A DNA stretch of 64,000 nucleotides from assembly GCA_045837725.1 (NCBI GenBank), contig JBEWZL010000003.1, positions 248,001 to 312,000 of the forward strand, written 5' to 3'. The position numbers were made by a program, and so were the translations under genes. The stretch's first letter is position 1. Each line of letters begins with the position of its first letter. Under the pieces are notes generated by a model, which worked only from the letters and a program-made list of their open reading frames with translations, had not been told where the DNA came from and searched no databases. Below, piece by piece: positions 36,156 to 48,539 of the stretch. This DNA is from Vermamoeba vermiformis. Taxonomy: Eukaryota.

Positions 36156-39100
36156 ATGTCTCAGTCTAGCGATTCAACCAAGGCAGCTGGTTCCGTAGCA
36201 GTACCTAAGCTAGTATTGACGCGTGACAAAGCCTCACTAGATTTGACTTCACCCACAAAACCAGCGGAGAGTCCACGCAAAAGAAAAGTACAGATTATTG
36301 ATATGAACGGACGATCAGCTTCACCAGGAAGACCTTCAAGCCCAGTTTCACTTTATGCACCCTCTTCTCCAACTGCATCTTCAGCATCAACCGCATCTCC
36401 ACCAAGACGACGCAATTCAAATGCTAATTCTCCCACGGCTAGGCCTCGGTCTGAATCAATCGAAAAACGTAAGCCACCGCCATTAATTAATAATGACTCG
36501 TTGAATTTTTGTTGATATTCCTCGTTTTGCCATTGCATCCGAGGCCTTTTATGGCACCATTTAATCGTGCAATAACGAATTCTATCATATTTTTACTCAT
36601 TAATGCGAAATTTATTTGTGGACACAAGAAAATTATTCTTGTTCTGCTAGTTTTACCCAATCCGTTTGCCAACCCATTTTGACGCTGAAAATGAATCGAT
36701 AACTCGGAGCAAAACGCACAAAATATTACGCGTATATCTTATATTACTATTCATGCCTCGTTGAGTCTTTTTTATATCTTTAACTGGTCTTTTTTTTAAT
36801 ACGGATGGGACCGCCAATAATAAAATCTTTCAAAATAACTAACGAATTATGTTATTTAGACATTATTTTGCAAGCTATTGAACAGCAAAATGGCGGAGAC
36901 TACGTTGATTACTTACTAAATGGCCCAGTCGGTGAGTCCCGCGCGATTTCAATAATTGAACAGATCTTACTTAATGGGAATCAAATTTTTATTCATTATC
37001 GAAACAAGCGGAATTTAATTTTCTCTTCATTTTAAATCGATTGGCTCCATTTTAAGCATGAACAAGCTAACCAGATGCGATCCCGATCGATGATCCGAAA
37101 AAGGAAAAAATATCTTGTTTGGCCGAAACAATATTCCATCGATTGAATAGCGGCCTAATCATCGTTTTTATTTTATAGTAAATGTCAAAGAACGAAGAAT
37201 GTTGTATCGAAGCATGAGATCGCAATCCATTTCGTCGGTCGCAGAACAAGGCTCAGAAAGTCCGATTCGATCGGTCTATGACGCGGAAGATGCATATGAA
37301 ATGACACCTAGAACTACTGACAGCACCGGCAGCGCTGAATCTGAATCTGGAAGTGTTCCTTCAAGTTTGGATTCGTCTCAGTCCAATTCACTCTCGTTTG
37401 GCAATAATAACAACAGCGTATTATCCGCACGATCGCATGAAAGAATAGCAATTGCGTTGAATTCACCCGTTCCTCAACGCGTCAACAGAAATAGAAATCA
37501 AACTCAAGATCGCGAACAAATGTTGTCGTCAGTTTTGCGCAGAAGCAATTCAGTACCGTTCTTAAACTCATGGGAATATGGCAATATTGATATCGACTTG
37601 CATTTGCCTTTTGTTGGTACGTTTACCTCCACTTAACACTTTATTGGCGTGGCCTTGCCGATGATATTTTTGGCCTATGAAATACGTGCAATATCAGCAT
37701 CTTCGTAATATTAACGATAGTGTTGTTTTATAGGCTCTGTATATGATTATCTTAGCGACATTTGGGAGCGTAAAGAGGTAGAAATTCATCGCCGCTTCTC
37801 GATCGCCGTTGCCAGACCTGAACCAACGAGCGCTCCTTCAAGTGCGAATGATTTAGGCGATACTATTGGCATAGATGACGCCGTTGATGGTTTAAAGTAA
37901 GTAGCGGGTCAAAGATCGCGTACACATCCCGGACAAATTTGCGAAATCTCAGTGCGTATCAACACAAATCGTTCAATTTACTGATGCGCATTCCGGAATA
38001 CGAGCATTAAGAATGTTTTTAATTACTTTGCTTTATTAAATTGTTAATTTCGTATTTATAGATCCCCGAGCAGAGCGCATCTGACTAACAGCAAGGCTCA
38101 GCTAACCGTCAGCGACCTCTATGGCGAAAAAGTTATTGCTGGAACTAAGCAACAACTCTTGGAGATGCTTACGGATAATAACGTTGGTAAGTTAAACGTT
38201 TATACGACGCACAAAATTTAATAGTTTGATAAATTGCATAAATTCTTGCGTTATTTCCATTTATAGAAAGAGAGTTGCAAATATTTCTCTTAAAGTTATG
38301 TCTTTGAGTATTCTTTAATTTCTACTCCTCGGGATTCTCTGATCCAATTAAATTTTTATCGATCTGCAACATTTTTGAATTTAATCGAGTTTTCAACTTT
38401 GGATCTAGCGAGGCCTGTAGCTCATTAATTCTTTTAGACTCTGAGTACCTCGACGTCTTCATCGCCACTCACAAGTCATGGATCAAGTCCTTGGAGTTGC
38501 TGAAATTTTTGATTAATGTTTTCTACAACCCCACGCCTCGAACTTTGACTTCTAATAATACTTTGGCTCAAGAAGAGAAGCTTATTCAATTAAGGTGCGT
38601 ATTTTAAGTCAAAATAATAGAAAATAATATTATTAGACCAGTTCCCAATGAAAAGATATGACGTTTTGATTTTCGGGTGTTGTACTAATCGCACTTTGTA
38701 TTTATAGAGTTATTAATGTGATGAAAAAGTGGCTTAGAATGTTTTTCTATGATTTTACGCATAAAGAGCTCAATCAGGCGATGAATGAGTTCATTAAGAA
38801 ATTAAAAGAAGGAGAAGCTTTGCCTCCTGATGCACCAAGCTGGGCTCAATTCTTAATCAACGCCTATCGAGCAGCGAGAAAGAAGGTACGTTTTATTATT
38901 TAAATTCCGCGCTGAATTTAAAATTCGGTTCAATTTCGGATCTTGCTTCATTTGGCTTATTTTAAATTATTTAGGAGGACGATATTAACGAAGATACAAC
39001 TGCTGAAGATCCCGATGCACCAACATCTTTTACTCCTAAAGTGGTAAGTTTTCAGATGCGTTCGCGTACTAGAATAAAAAAAAAATTCAAATTTACTAAC

Positions 39101-40477
39101 GAATATTCTTAATTATTATAGCGAGATATGACCAAGCTGAATTTTGTCGATTTGAACCCCAGAGAGGTCGCTCGTCAATTGTCTCTGATCCACTTCAAAA
39201 TGTTCGCTAAGATCCGTCGCCAACACATCTTCGACTCAGCTGTGCATAACAAGTTCGGTCCTGATAACCCTTTGACCGAGATTTCTCAATTCTCGCAGCG
39301 AATATCCAACTGGTAAGTAGTTTGAAACGGGATCGAGCGCCAGTCCCAAAACATTGCTAAGTTGTATTTATTAGGGTTGCTACCGAAATTCTGATGACTC
39401 CTCACGTTAAGAAGCAACGAACTATCACCATTAATCACTTCATTACAATTTTGATGGTAAGTACAAAGCCAGATCGAGCGTCGCGTTAAAACAAGCTTTT
39501 CTAATGAAAATTTAATCTTAGAAACTCTTGGAAATGAATAATTATCATGGTGCTATGGATGTTTTCGTTGGCCTTCAAAATCCTAACGTTGAGAGACTCA
39601 AGCGCAGTTGGTTGGTAAGTTTTTTATTAGCGTTTCTTCCAAATTAGGAAAATTTCAGTCTGGATTAGTCAATATAAGCGAATAACATCCTATTCATGGT
39701 CTAATCGTCTATTTTAGGCCGTTGACCGCAAGTTGCTTGAAAAGTACAAAGAAGTTCAAGAGCTCATGAATCCAGTACGCAGCTGGGGTAACTTGCGAAA
39801 ACAAATCGAAGCATCCACGCCTCCTTTCTTGGTGCCTCCTGGTAAGCCAACGAAGCACTATTTTTATACCCTAAAGCATTTCTCTAATCAAATTTATTTT
39901 TTTCAGCGATCTGGTTGCGCGATCTGCTCGGTATTATGGAGGGCAATCCATCGTACTTGGATGACTCCGCTGTCGACAAAGAGAACAAGACACTCAACTT
40001 CGACAAATTGCGCTTGACTGCCGCTGTTTACAAGCGAGTCTCTGACTGTCAATTTGCCAACTACAAGTTCGTGCCTGTTAAAATCGTTCAAGTACGTCTA
40101 TTGCCATAATAATTATACTGCGAGTGGTTGCTAATATGAGCTGCTTATAGGACTATTTGATGAAGACTATGGTCCTTTCAGAGCACGAGATTGAAGCGTC
40201 CGCTGCTAATGCCAAGCAATACGAAGCCGTGAGTTCATCTTCGAGCTCGAGCAGCTACAGCATTTCATTCAGTCCTGCGTCGATCAAAAAGGCCACGGAG
40301 AAAGCGAAGGAAAAGGCTATGTTGAAGGCTGAAAAGCTCAAGAAGAAGATTGAAAAACTTGGCAGCGACGCTTCTCCTCGACGACTGTTGCGCTCTTCGA
40401 TCAGTTCTAGCGATAAAGAAGCACGCGTTGATAAGAAGAAGCGATCATCAAGCTTCGAGAAACCCAAGCCGAAGTAG
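36156..40477 (+). CDS. Ras guanine-nucleotide exchange factor (REM + CDC25 domain) with S/P-rich N-terminus; multi-exon
   Basis: REM region VIAGTKQQLLEML..EYLDVFIATHKSW..RVINVMKKWL. CDC25 region FVDLNPREVARQLSLIHFKMF..ISNWVATEIL..LEMNNYHGAMDVFVGL..VERLKRSW..LNFDKLR. Confidence 0.9.
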
Positions 40478-41001
40478 ATTCGGTCAAGCGGATCTAAGTA
40501 CGATCCGTTACAACACTTAATTTATTTGTAATATGGAAATGCCTTTGTAAGGCATTTGATACAGTAGCGTGGAACGACAAAGTTAATAATAACATGTACA
40601 TAGTTTGAATATTAGTAGCGATATAATAATAAGTCTAACCAAAAAAAACCAAACCATGATTCTAATAGGAATCAAAGTGTAAAATATTGTGAATAAATCG
40701 ATTCCTCTTAACATAAAGAGCTTATTGTATTAATAATAACAGTTCAACTTGACTCACAAAACTAGATCCGGCTACATAACATTACTCAGGAATCTTTTGC
40801 AATTGAGCAGCTCACGTAGCATAAAGAAGATAACGACAATTCTAATCTGCGTTGGATCGATCGAATGAAATTTCCAACGCGAAGCAGTTGCTGATTGGCC
40901 CAGTCGGTTGATATGAACTGGATCCCATTTCCTTTCAGTTAAATCGTAGTAAAAAGTTCTTGCTTAGTTTAGAGTCAATAGCATCAAATTGTGCATTAAC
41001 T

Positions 41002-42726
41002 TTATTGTACACAACATCCACGTCCACCAGATCTAGGTGCGCGCATTTCTTCTCTCCCTCGCAGCACTTCAATGCGGTCTTGCAGCTTTTTAATTTTTGG
41101 CATATAATAGCCATTAATTTCGGATATTTTGCGATTATATCTTTCGTGCAAGTCCTTTTGACTGAAGGGTTTGAATTCCAACAAGTACTGGCAAAATCGT
41201 TCAACGAATCCAAAAAAAACTCTGATCAGGCAAACTACTGATAGAAAAGTTGCTATTAATTTGCCTATTTGAAATAGGGCCCAAAATATGTACAATATGA
41301 AGCACTGCATCGTCACTGTTGGCAGGCAGAAAAGATAATCGTCGCGAACGCCTGTATCCACAACAACTACGAATTAAACGATTAATAATGAATAATACTC
41401 AAATTAATATGCATATTTTCATCGATTTATATATAGAAGTAAAACTAGACCGAGGATCGTTATTATTATCAAGATTTTTGGGCGACGACGGATCCAACAT
41501 CTTTTGTTGTTCGCTATTATAGCTATATTATATATCAATAGACTTACGATCAAATGATTCAAATGTTTTCCTCGAACTAAAGCCCCAGCAAGTCACAGGC
41601 ATGTTTCGCCAACATGAAAATCGTTCAACGAACCCAATAAATAACTCAGCAGGCAATTGAAATGTGAATATAGTCAGCTTGGCTATGAATATAGTCACTG
41701 GCTTTAAGAATAGGGCAATTAATATGCAGCATACGAGTGCCGCAATCTTGCGCCGATGATCTGAGGCTCTTTTTTGCTTCAAATATTCTCTATCGTGGAC
41801 AAATGTTTTCTAAAAATAGCAATATATTAATATATAAGGAGATATTATAAGGAGATGTCAATTCGTACCTCAACTCGAGTTGTTTCGAGTTTTTGGATGC
41901 GATTATGTAGTTCGTTGATTTGAGCCATAGTCCGTGCCTTCTTTTCTTCTGGCATTAAATACCGCTTTAAAAACTTCTTTTTATAACAACAGTCTTCAGG
42001 CTCGGGCGGAGGTAGTGCTACAATTTTTGAAGTCAAATTGGATTCGCTCGAGCAGAAATGGTTCAATTTGAATAAATTGTTGAAATTCTGACTTACGTTT
42101 GTAAGGTTCACTTTCAAAAGGATCCTCAACTTCTACTGTAGCTGGTATTGCATGTTTCCATTCGGCCTTGTTGTAAAGACCTTTCCAAAACAGATCTTCT
42201 TGCAGCAAAAGAAAAAATCCTCTAACAATAAATAAATTAATAAAAATGATCGTTCATGATTTGGTTTATTTCTTGGGTCAAGATTAATTTTTTAAATTCC
42301 AAAAAAAGAATTAAGTTACCTGCTGCTTGCTTGAAGAGTAAGAGCTTCTTTCCACGACAAATAATTAGATAAATGTGCTAATAATTCATTCGGCAAGCAA
42401 TAAAATAATCCTAAGCTCGTTTCTGTATTAACGGATTGGCGTTTTCCGGTCAATTCAAAGTGCCCGTAGTGCAATAATTTCGGCTTTTTCTTCCAATTAT
42501 CAGGGTCTAATGACTCAGAGACTTTATCATATGCTTTGCCAATTTGCATCGCGGCGCCGAACCCGCTGAATATAACTTTGACCAGCGGATCTTTTAGTAT
42601 TGCTGGCTTTTCTTTCTTTTCTTTCTTCTTTTTATCTTTCTTGTCTTTACTATTTTTACGAGGACTAAAAGCGCCATTATATTTGTTGTCATTATTGTCC
42701 TCGTCTTTGCCTTGTGTTTGACCCAT
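41002..42726 (-). CDS. F-box protein with predicted transmembrane segments, N-terminal MG motif and C-terminal CaaX-like motif; multi-exon
   Basis: MGQTQGK start; F-box LGLFYCLPNELLAHLSNYLSWKEALTLQASSR|GFFLLLQEDLFWKGLY; two hydrophobic blocks each followed by FxGFVERF; ends GGRGCCVQ*. The 3' splicing is inferred. Confidence 0.65.
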
Positions 42727-43202
42727 TTAGCGGGCAGTGTGAAAATTAAAAAAATCAGCCAACTCGCTCATTTTATGCAATTCTGAAACATTAAGACCAA
42801 GACCACTTAATGACAATATGATGGCTATATTAATATGACAACGAGCGTGAACATAGTTCCAGAGCCACACCAAAGTCAATCCGATCGAATATCAGATTTT
42901 TTACCTTCTCGTTTCATCAGGTTACTAGTAATTATTTAATATGTGTTATGTTGCTGAGCCGAGAGCGGAATTTTATGGCTTCCTATTCAGCATTTCAGTC
43001 AAATCTGAAATTTTCAAATGTCCCTTTCTGTATTCTTGCGCGGGTCTGATGTGCTGCAATTTATCACTAATTTTCCTCATAATTTCGCGAAAGTAGGCCT
43101 TAACACGGCGACCTGTCAATTTGATTGTGATTCGCCGTGTTGTGCGAACACAGCGCCAAAAACAATAAAAAGATTTTTCATTTTCATTCACGCGCAGTTC
43201 AA

Positions 43203-46200
43203 ATGTCCACAAGAGGATATAGTAATAACAATAGAGGAGGCCGTGGAGGTTATAATAATAATAACCGCGGCTCCAATAACAACAGAGGAGATCAACAGCA
43301 AGGTCGATCACACCAAGGAGGACGGCAGAACAACCCCGATAACAATTACAGTGGCAGTGCTGGCCGCCAAGGAGGCGGTTATAACAATAACAATAGCAAT
43401 CGCGATAATAGAGGCTCGCGTGGAGGAGATCGAGGTCGTGGACGAGGCGGATCTCAAAGAGGAGGTCACGGCGGGGCTCATGGTAATTATATTCATATAT
43501 TTATAGTTTTTAAACAACGTAATAGCGACAATCAAGCTTTCCTAGAAATTCTTGGCCCTTCCTGATCAGAGAACTAATTCAATTACAGATAAGATACTTA
43601 CTTTGAAGCCGACTGACGGCAATTTGCTCGCCAATTATTTTAAGATGCACCTTAATCTTGGAAGCAGGGCTGTATACCGCCATGGAATCGATTTTCAGGT
43701 TAGTTCGCCTTACGATCTCCTGTACAAAAATATCTTTTGATTAATTTCTTAATATAGGGTGAAGACAGTCGCTTCGTGCGTCGTAAAATAATTCAGCAAA
43801 TATTAATAGATAATTATGGAGCTGATCTGCCCAAAGGTATTAATAATTCTGTTCCAAATATACCGTTAGTTTAACGCTTTTTATGTAGTCGAAGCCTCCA
43901 TATTATTCGATGATACTGTTATATATTCGCCGTCGCCTTTGAAGGTCGAACAAAACGTCGATCTGCAAGTCAAAGTTGGCAACAAAACCTACACGGTCAA
44001 GATCGCATCCATGACGCAAGTCAAGGGTGCTGATCCACAACTGCTCAATATTATCTTCAATAAGGCATTGCAAGCACTTAATTTGCAACGCATTGGCCGT
44101 GGTTTCTATGAGAAGAGAGAGCTAGATCTGTCAGCCTTCCCGAAGTCGAAAGCTGAATTGCAAATATTTCCGGGCTATCACACCGAGGTCTTGAGCAAGT
44201 TAGTGGCAAGCCAACGAGACGTGATGAGCTTAGTCAACATCGATCCTATTTCTAAAGTCATTTGTAAAGGTAAAACTGCGTGGTACGCAATAACTTCAAC
44301 GTACTAATTTTGCGCTAGATACCGTTGCCGATGTGTTCTATGACATTCAAGGCGACGACGCTTGGACCACTGACACGAGAAGGCAAGCTAACAAAGAATT
44401 GATCGGCCAGGTCGTGTACACCAGGTACTACAATTTATCACTTGAATCAGATCCAATTTTCGAAGCATTTGAAAACCACGTGCAAACACAATTCTTTTCT
44501 TAATAAGCTCGTGCCCTTTGCCATTCAATGGAATAACTTTAATTCTTTAGTTACAACTTCCAGACGTACACTATTGAAGGCATCGACTACAGCAAAAACG
44601 CGCTTTCGAAGTTCATCCGTCGAAACAGAAAGACGAACAAAGACGAAGAAATAACGTTCGTTGATTACTACAAGGAGAGCAAGGGCATTAATATCAAGTG
44701 GCCTAAACTCGTCTTGCTCAAAGCAAAAGGACCTCACCGCAGCAGAATTTACTTGATCCCGGAGTTGTGTTTGCTGACTGACATGTAAGTCACTCCTTGT
44801 GGCATTTAGACGTGTTAATTAATATGCTTCAAGTACGCCTGAAGCTCGTCGTGATCTGCCTAGAATTTGCAGTGTCAAGCCACCCGAGAGAATGACACGC
44901 ATCAAAGAACTGCCTGCGCTGTTGCTGAAATCTCCCAACGCGAAGAAAATTCTTGACAGTTTTGGCGTTCAAGTTGAAGCTGACCCCGTGTCAGTGCCGT
45001 CTAAAACTCTTGACCCACCAAGACTGCTCACGCCAACTAAGTCATTCGAATACGATGGTAAATACACGTGGTTGTTTTTTAGGCACTTGGCTAATTGAAT
45101 CTTTTAGGTGCGTTCGGCGCGGGGCTTGGCAAAGACTTTGCATTCAATTACGAAAAATCACGTGCCCTCAACATCATTGTGACATACGACGATGAGCAGG
45201 CTTGCAGAAATCTCGTCGATTATTACGTGAAAGAGATTGGCTCGCAGCTCAAAGACAAGAAATCTCCCGTTGTGATGGGCAAGATTGAATACAGAGCGAT
45301 CAACACTAAGAACAGAGAATTTCATTCGCCGGCCCTGACCAAGATACTCACCGAAAACAAGATCACGGACATGACGAGCATTCTTTACTTGAACTTTCTT
45401 GCAGAACAAACGAATGAACAAGCAGAACTACGAGACCTTGAAAGAGTTTTGCATTAACAAGGGCATCATTCATCAGAACATCGACGCGAGGTAAGTGTCA
45501 CACAATAAATGGTCTTAAAAGCTATTTACTAATACCCTATTAGTAACAGCAAGCACCAGGGTCCTGGAGGTGCGACTGTTGTCTCGAACATTATGGTACG
45601 GACTTTTCTCGACGTCCTAAATAGACTTGACACTGACGCCATTATTTCTTAGAAACAAATCGTAAACAAGTTTGGACACCTTTGTTGGTGGTCTTCAATT
45701 CACGCCATTGATCCTGTCTTCAAGAACAAAACACTCATGTTCATCGGCATTGACGTGCATCACGCTAAGAAAATGTACGTACCGTGGTGTCATTATTGAT
45801 TAGTATCTTATTTAAGCTCTATTTAGCTTTGAAGACAATGCAGATGACGAGAAGAAGGTCTACAGACAACGTCGCTCCATTGGTGCCTTCACTGCAACGA
45901 TCATCACACCAAACGGAACTTACTTGACGGCATCAGCTGTCAACCCTCACCACGTAAGTCATTTTGACAATGCTCATGGCAGAATCATTCGCTAATGATG
46001 TGTTTTTAGGCCCGTCGTGAGCTGATCAGTCGAGGTGACGACACTTCATCTGTTGCTTCAGGCAAGAGCAACAAATCACAAGATGATGAAGAAGAGTTAG
46101 CAGCTAAAGAAGTCCTTGGAGTACGTGCGCTCTTGTCATTATTAACTCCGGTGCTAATTGTTGGTCTTGCAGGGCATTGGCTACATGAAAGAAAACGCCT

Positions 46201-46436
46201 TGAAGAACTTTATTGACAAAACAATGGCCAAACACAACGTCAAGCCTGATTTCATCTTCGTGTATCGTGATGGTGTTGCTGAAAGTCAGTTAAATCAAGT
46301 CGTAAGTTACATGTCGTTTTTTAAGTGAAGAATCACAAATGTGTATTGTAAAATTAAGTTTTTGTTTTTTTTTTTTTGAAAAATGTTTTTTTTTTTTTTT
46401 TTTTTTTTTTTTTATTATTTATTTTTTTAAATTTTA

Positions 46437-46480
<44 letters not shown>

Positions 46481-47029
46481 CGACACGTGTCAAGTGTCAA
46501 GTTTTGACTTTTCTAACAACCGTGCAGAAGCAACACGAAGTCAAACAAGTGCGCGAGGCATGCACCACTGCCGCGCTCACTTACATGGTCGTTCAAAAAC
46601 GCATCAGCACTCGTTTCTTAGTCCAAACTAAGGACGGTCAAGTTGGCAATCCCGCGCCAGGCACGCTTGTTGAAGAGTTCAAGTCCCCAGTGCACGATGA
46701 CTTTTACTTAATTTCACTGAAAAACTCTATCAGTAAGTACTACTCGGCAAGTTTATTATAGTCTATATACTAATATTATGCTACTTTAACTAGGCACTGT
46801 TAAACCGGTTCGTTATATCGTAGTTGAAGACGACAAAAAAGTTACTCGAAAAACGTTACAACAAATGACACACAACTTGTGCTATTTGTATCCTAACTGG
46901 GCCGATGCTATCAAACTGCCCTCTCCTACTCAACTCGCGCACAAACTCGCGTTCTTGGTTGGTGAGAACCTTAAAGTTGACAACCCGGATGTGCACGAGA
47001 ACTTATTCAAGACCTATTATTACCTTTAA
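43203..47029 (+). CDS. Argonaute family protein, PIWI-like clade; multi-exon (apparent frameshift near 45408)
   Basis: RGG/N-rich N-terminus and LLANYF. PAZ: VYTSYNFQTYTIEGIDY..TFVDYYK..IYLIPELCLLT. MID: YETLK..IIHQNI..IMKQIVNKFG. PIWI: MFIGIDVHH, RRELI, IFVYRDGV, VVQKRISTRF, NPAPGTLV, CYLYPNWADAIKLPSPTQLAHKLAFL, ending YYYL*. Confidence 0.93.
46359..46479. repeat. Intronic poly-T / poly-A inverted (fold-back) homopolymer tract inside the Argonaute gene
   Basis: T13 and T28 runs, an AT-rich spacer, then A37, all within the intron at about 46302-46527. Confidence 0.85.
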
Positions 47030-47200
47030 TACATGACCATTATGTAGCTCGATCGGAGCATATATTTTACTTTTTTTGCAGTTGTAGATAGGCACTTCAA
47101 ATTACGACCTTAAATAAAGTCAAGATTTTTCTTTTGAGTCGTTCGCTGTCAATAAAATTTAGTTTTAAATTCATTTATTATTATACGATCAAGTCACACC

Positions 47201-47484
47201 ATGTCAGTAGTAGACGATGTCGATATTCGCGAGGAGAGTACGTCTAAGTACCAACCCGATCAGGATCCTTCGTTAACGTTTGTGATGTAGGAATGAAGAT
47301 GCTGATGCATATTAGCGGCAAAGATGGTTATGATGTATTGATGCCCGCAATACGCTACGAAGAATTAATTAAGGAAAAGAAGGAAAACCAGATCAGAGAT
47401 TCTGTCTTTAATTTGAAATTGAAATATTTGTTATTAATTGTAATTACGATAACTATTGCTATTGTAGTGTTTAAAATTATTTAA
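47201..47484 (+). CDS. Small (~76 aa) putative tail-anchored membrane protein, 2 exons
   Basis: MSVVDDVDIREER|MKMLMHISGKDGYD...KLKYLLLIVITITIAIVVFKII* with an in-frame GT-AG intron. No recognised homology. Confidence 0.45.
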
Positions 47485-47674
47485 CTATTTATAATATTCG
47501 GAGTGATTGGATTGGGTAAAGAACTCTTTAAGCGAACACAGCTTCGTTTCATAAGATTCATCGTAAGCATTTTAATATATTTACAGTTTATTTATGGCTA
47601 TCCTATCTATTTACAAAAAAATTATGCAAAAAGCGAGAATTGCAATTAGATCCGACTAACTCCGCGACTAGCCT

Positions 47675-47964
47675 TTACTTCCAGCTCATCGAGAACAAAC
47701 CACGATTTCCGGATAAAGATTTTCGACGATTCTCTTTGTAGCCCTGCTGCAGCTTGCTCAAGCCAGATTTCTCGTCGTACTTGCTTTGAGATTTGGATTT
47801 CTTAAGACCGACAGGGCTTTCTGGAGCTTTCTTCTATTATGCGTAAGAGATTAGCACCAGTTTTCTCGTTTCAAAAGGTTCTATGTAGATTATATCGCTG
47901 AATTACTTACTGTGTCCTCTTCGACGACGATCTTGTTCTTTTTGCTTTTCTTTTTCCAATCCAT
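47675..47964 (-). CDS. Small (~70 aa) basic hypothetical protein, 2 exons
   Basis: MDWKKKSKKNKIVVEEDT, a perfect GTAAGT donor, then in-frame KKAPESPVGLKKSKSQSKYDEKSG...LFSMSWK*. Confidence 0.45.
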
Positions 47965-48539
47965 TCGTAAATTTGCGTCTACTAAAGTGTTGTCAACTAT
48001 GCAATGATGATGATATAATAAAATCAGAAAGAGACGCTGTTTATAACCTTTACCACAGAAATTTGGTTACACATTTGTGTCTTTCGCTCTAAATTTGACA
48101 TATTGGTCTATTTTTGGTATTCCATTTACTACGTTACCGAGATATTAAGAAGTAGAAGCCATTAATTTAGGAGCCGAAAGAGATCCAGAAGGCAATCATT
48201 GACGCACCTTTCGATTCGAGAATACCACACAATTTACTGCTTTTCCGATAACAAAATCAAAAGAACAGCCGAGCAACACATAGGACGAACAAATCCTACT
48301 AGTATACAATGCTGAACGACAAAAAGCCGGTCGTAATTATCATGCCAGCGTACGACTGACTATTCGCCTGACGAACTCCGTTGGGATTCTCATACGAGTA
48401 AAGCACGACTGAAAGTATAGTTAGAGATAAAACTGTCTTAAGTAAATAGCTGATTACAAACATTGGTAGAAGGTGGCAATTTATTCAGAAATCCAATTCA
48501 ATTGCAATTGATCAAGAAAGAGCGACAATCATGTCATAT

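Noticed and set aside
46339..46761. 140-aa ORF with poly-F/poly-K
   Set aside because: The N-terminal half is the translated intronic homopolymer; only the part after about 46528 is Argonaute exon.
48409..48438. ACTATACTTTCAG on the minus strand resembling the U3 snoRNA 5' end
   Set aside because: The rest of box A (GGATCA) and boxes B, C and D are not present.
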